From: Thermoanaerobaculia bacterium
Lineage (GTDB): Bacteria > Acidobacteriota > Thermoanaerobaculia > Gp7-AA8
Direction: 5' to 3'
DNA: 64,000 nucleotides
NCBI GenBank assembly: GCA_035576005.1
Contig: DATLXH010000109.1
Coordinates: 33,058 to 97,057, forward strand
Part shown: positions 62,503-64,000 of the stretch, piece after piece
Numbering within the stretch: position 1 is the stretch's first letter
Layout: every line of letters starts with the position of its first letter
Program-made: the position numbers and the translations under genes
Notes under the pieces: generated by a model
Told to the model about the DNA's origin: nothing
What the model saw: the letters and a program-made list of their open reading frames with translations, nothing else
The model's database searches: none

Positions 62503-62683
62503 AGCCTCCACACGATGAAGCACGTCTCGCTCCCCGCGGCTGGTACGGGACGATGGATGACTTATGCAAGAGTATTGAGTCTGGACACGGGGCACACGGT
62601 TCTCCTGGGGAGCGTCGGCCGGCAGCTCAATGTCCGGCCTGGTTTCACAACTGCTGAGAGCGGTTAGCTGCGGGAACTTCACG

Positions 62684-62718
62684 CCGCAAAACGGCCGTCC
62701 CTCATCGCGAGGGACGGC
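62684..62718 (-). terminator. bidirectional hairpin terminator between the convergent AlkP-like and comEA genes
   Basis: GGCCGTCCCTC-ATCGC-GAGGGACGGCC. The minus transcript follows with GUUUUGCGG. Confidence 0.6.
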
Positions 62719-62732
62719 CTGGGCGGGAGGCG

Positions 62733-63128
62733 CTACTGCGCCTGGGGTGAGGATTGGGGGCGGGAGCCGGCCGCTTTCGCGGAACGCGGCTTGCGGGGGG
62801 CGCGCTGCTTGGAAGAAAGTGTCGTCTTCCCATCAACGGTGAGATAGCTGCTCAGGAGCTCGAACGACTTGTCGCCAATCCCCTTGACCTGCATGAGGTC
62901 GGTCGTCGCCTTGAACGCGCCGTTATCCTTGCGGTAGGCGACGATGCGCTCACCCGCTTTGACTCCAACGCGGGGAAGAAGAGCGAACTGAGACGCATCA
63001 GCAGTGTTGATGTTGATGACACCGGCAGAAGATGCTTTTCCGGCGGGTGCTGCATCTGCGTGAAGGCTTGTGGTGAGAGTAGCGATTGCGAGAACTGTGG
63101 CTGCGAGAATGTGTAGGGACTTCCGCAT
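62733..63128 (-). CDS. comEA: ComEA-like helix-hairpin-helix DNA-binding competence protein
   Basis: Signal peptide, then VININTADASQFALLPRVGVKAGERIVAYRKDNGAFKATTDLMQVKGIGDKSFELL. These are the tandem HhH motifs typical of ComEA. Confidence 0.75.
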   Translation of the reverse strand: MRKSLHILAATVLAIATLTTSLHADAAPAGKASSAGVININTADASQFALLPRVGVKAGERIVAYRKDNGAFKATTDLMQVKGIGDKSFELLSSYLTVDGKTTLSSKQRAPRKPRSAKAAGSRPQSSPQAQ

Positions 63129-63399
63129 GGTCGTAACCTCCTTTTTTCTTGAAACTGCGGTTGGACTGCTTACTGCGCATCTGACATTTGCTTACCCACA
63201 CTGGCCCTGCTGTAGATTTGTTTTTCTCTCCTCTGCACCACCTCCTTTCGGTGGATACAGACTTCAAGCTCGCGGCCGAGTTGGCGTAAGACGTTAACTC
63301 GTTGAGCGAATTGAGCTTGCCGCCTTTTGAAAAGAAGGGGAGATGTCAAAAAAACTTGCCACTGTGTTGCGAAAGACAGGTTCGGCTCCCCGCGGCGTG

Positions 63400-63550
63400 G
63401 AAGGACGCGTCTCTCACGGACCTTCAACGTGAAAGATGCGGAGAGGGGCCCGGATGCGAGACGCACGATGGTTCTGCGACGAAGGTGTAGTCACCACCAT
63501 GTCGAGGAGCGAGAGCAGTTGGGCAACGAAACGTCCAAACGAAAATGTCG
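63400..63550. mobile_element. degenerate third MITE copy (~75% identical internal segment, TIRs decayed)
   Basis: GCGTCTCTCACGGACC...GGATGCGAGACGCACGATGGTTCTGCGACGAAGGTGTAGTCACCACCATGTCGAGGAGCGAG aligns to the internal region of copies 1 and 2. Confidence 0.5.
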
Positions 63551-63552
63551 CC

Positions 63553-63612
63553 GTGACAGACAGGAGTGTCTGTCCTACACGAGCATGTAGGACAGACACT
63601 CCTGTCTGTCAC
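63553..63612. repeat. perfect 27-bp-arm nested palindrome GTGACAGACAGGAGTGTCTGTCCTACA-cgagca-TGTAGGACAGACACTCCTGTCTGTCAC, copy 3 of the family
   Basis: Each arm is itself a hairpin (GACAGACA/TGTCTGTC). It ends ~54 nt upstream of the clpX-like ATG. Confidence 0.75.
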
Positions 63613-63665
63613 GCGCGGGAAGATTCCGCTTCAGAAATGAGCGCTATACTCACAGGCTCAGGACG

Positions 63666-64000
63666 ATGAAGGAAAAGCGCGACATCTACCGCTTCCTCCA
63701 CCTCTCGCCTCGGCGGATATTCGAACAGCTCAATCGCTCTGTGGTAGGCCAGAAGCAGGCGAAAGAAGTGCTGGCCATCGCCGCCTACAATCACCTCAAG
63801 AGGATCGAGTACCTCAAGTTCGGCGGCGAAGTCGCGATCCGCAAGTCGAACATCCTGATGATCGGACCCTCCGGATCAGGCAAGACCTACCTTGCGCGAA
63901 CGCTCGCCAAAATCCTCGACGTACCTTTCGCTTACAACGACGCGACATCCTTCACCGAGGCTGGATACTACGGGGAGGACGTGGAGGTCGCGATCGGCCG
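63666..64000 (+). CDS. clpX: ClpX-like AAA+ unfoldase, 3'-truncated by the window. There is no N-terminal zinc-binding domain before the AAA+ core.
   Basis: [48 protein letters not shown]...[48 protein letters not shown]. This closely parallels ClpX just after its zinc-finger domain. Confidence 0.8.
   Translation, partial: MKEKRDIYRFLHLSPRRIFEQLNRSVVGQKQAKEVLAIAAYNHLKRIEYLKFGGEVAIRKSNILMIGPSGSGKTYLARTLAKILDVPFAYNDATSFTEAGYYGEDVEVAIG

Noticed and set aside
60724-62682. 652-aa ORF on the minus strand opposite the AlkP-like gene
   Set aside because: Composition is dominated by R/E/D/H/G with no hydrophobic core. The plus-strand ORF has TM helices and NPP-family motifs, so this is an antisense shadow ORF in GC-rich DNA.

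Overview
High-GC (~62%) bacterial chromosomal window, probably from an Acidobacteria- or Gemmatimonadetes-like Gram-negative. It carries two conserved housekeeping blocks, both on the minus strand. Block 1: tRNA-Thr(TGT), tRNA-Tyr, tRNA-Gly, tRNA-Thr(GGT), rpmG, tRNA-Trp, secE, nusG, rplK, rplA, rplJ, rplL, rpoB, rpoC, with no tuf gene. Block 2: rplM, rpsI, then rpsB, tsf, pyrH, frr, ispD, ispF, gltX, pyrD, rlmB. Metabolic genes folD, coaE, ubiE/menG, queD and rdgB are also present. Accessory content includes two S9 peptidases, a secreted/outer-membrane gene cluster, an IPTL-CTERM protein, two VapC-type toxin-antitoxin pairs and a zinc-binding anti-sigma/ECF-sigma pair. There is also an NtrC-type regulator followed by DUF192 and rhomboid-like genes, a ComEA gene and a 5'-partial ClpX-like gene. 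The most notable locus is a translationally coupled pair at 55377..60763(-): a ~1070-aa gamma-class N6-adenine DNA methyltransferase (Eco57I/PglX/DrmMI-like) and an SNF2-family helicase. No known partner genes accompany them, so this is a candidate novel or minimal defence/epigenetic module. The window is also seeded with at least four interspersed repeat families. One is a ~185-bp MITE with 18-21-bp TIRs and TA target duplications (2 intact copies plus degenerate ones). The others are three palindromic REP-like families. A CadC/OmpR-type TPR regulator upstream of the secreted cluster appears disrupted, both by a MITE at its 5' end and by a 9-G homopolymer frameshift. rpoB carries an unusual Cys8 double zinc-ribbon insertion. 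Manual coordinates for tRNAs, repeats and hairpins are good to about +/-3 nt. The ORF track disagreed with my hand indexing by 1-2 nt in places.
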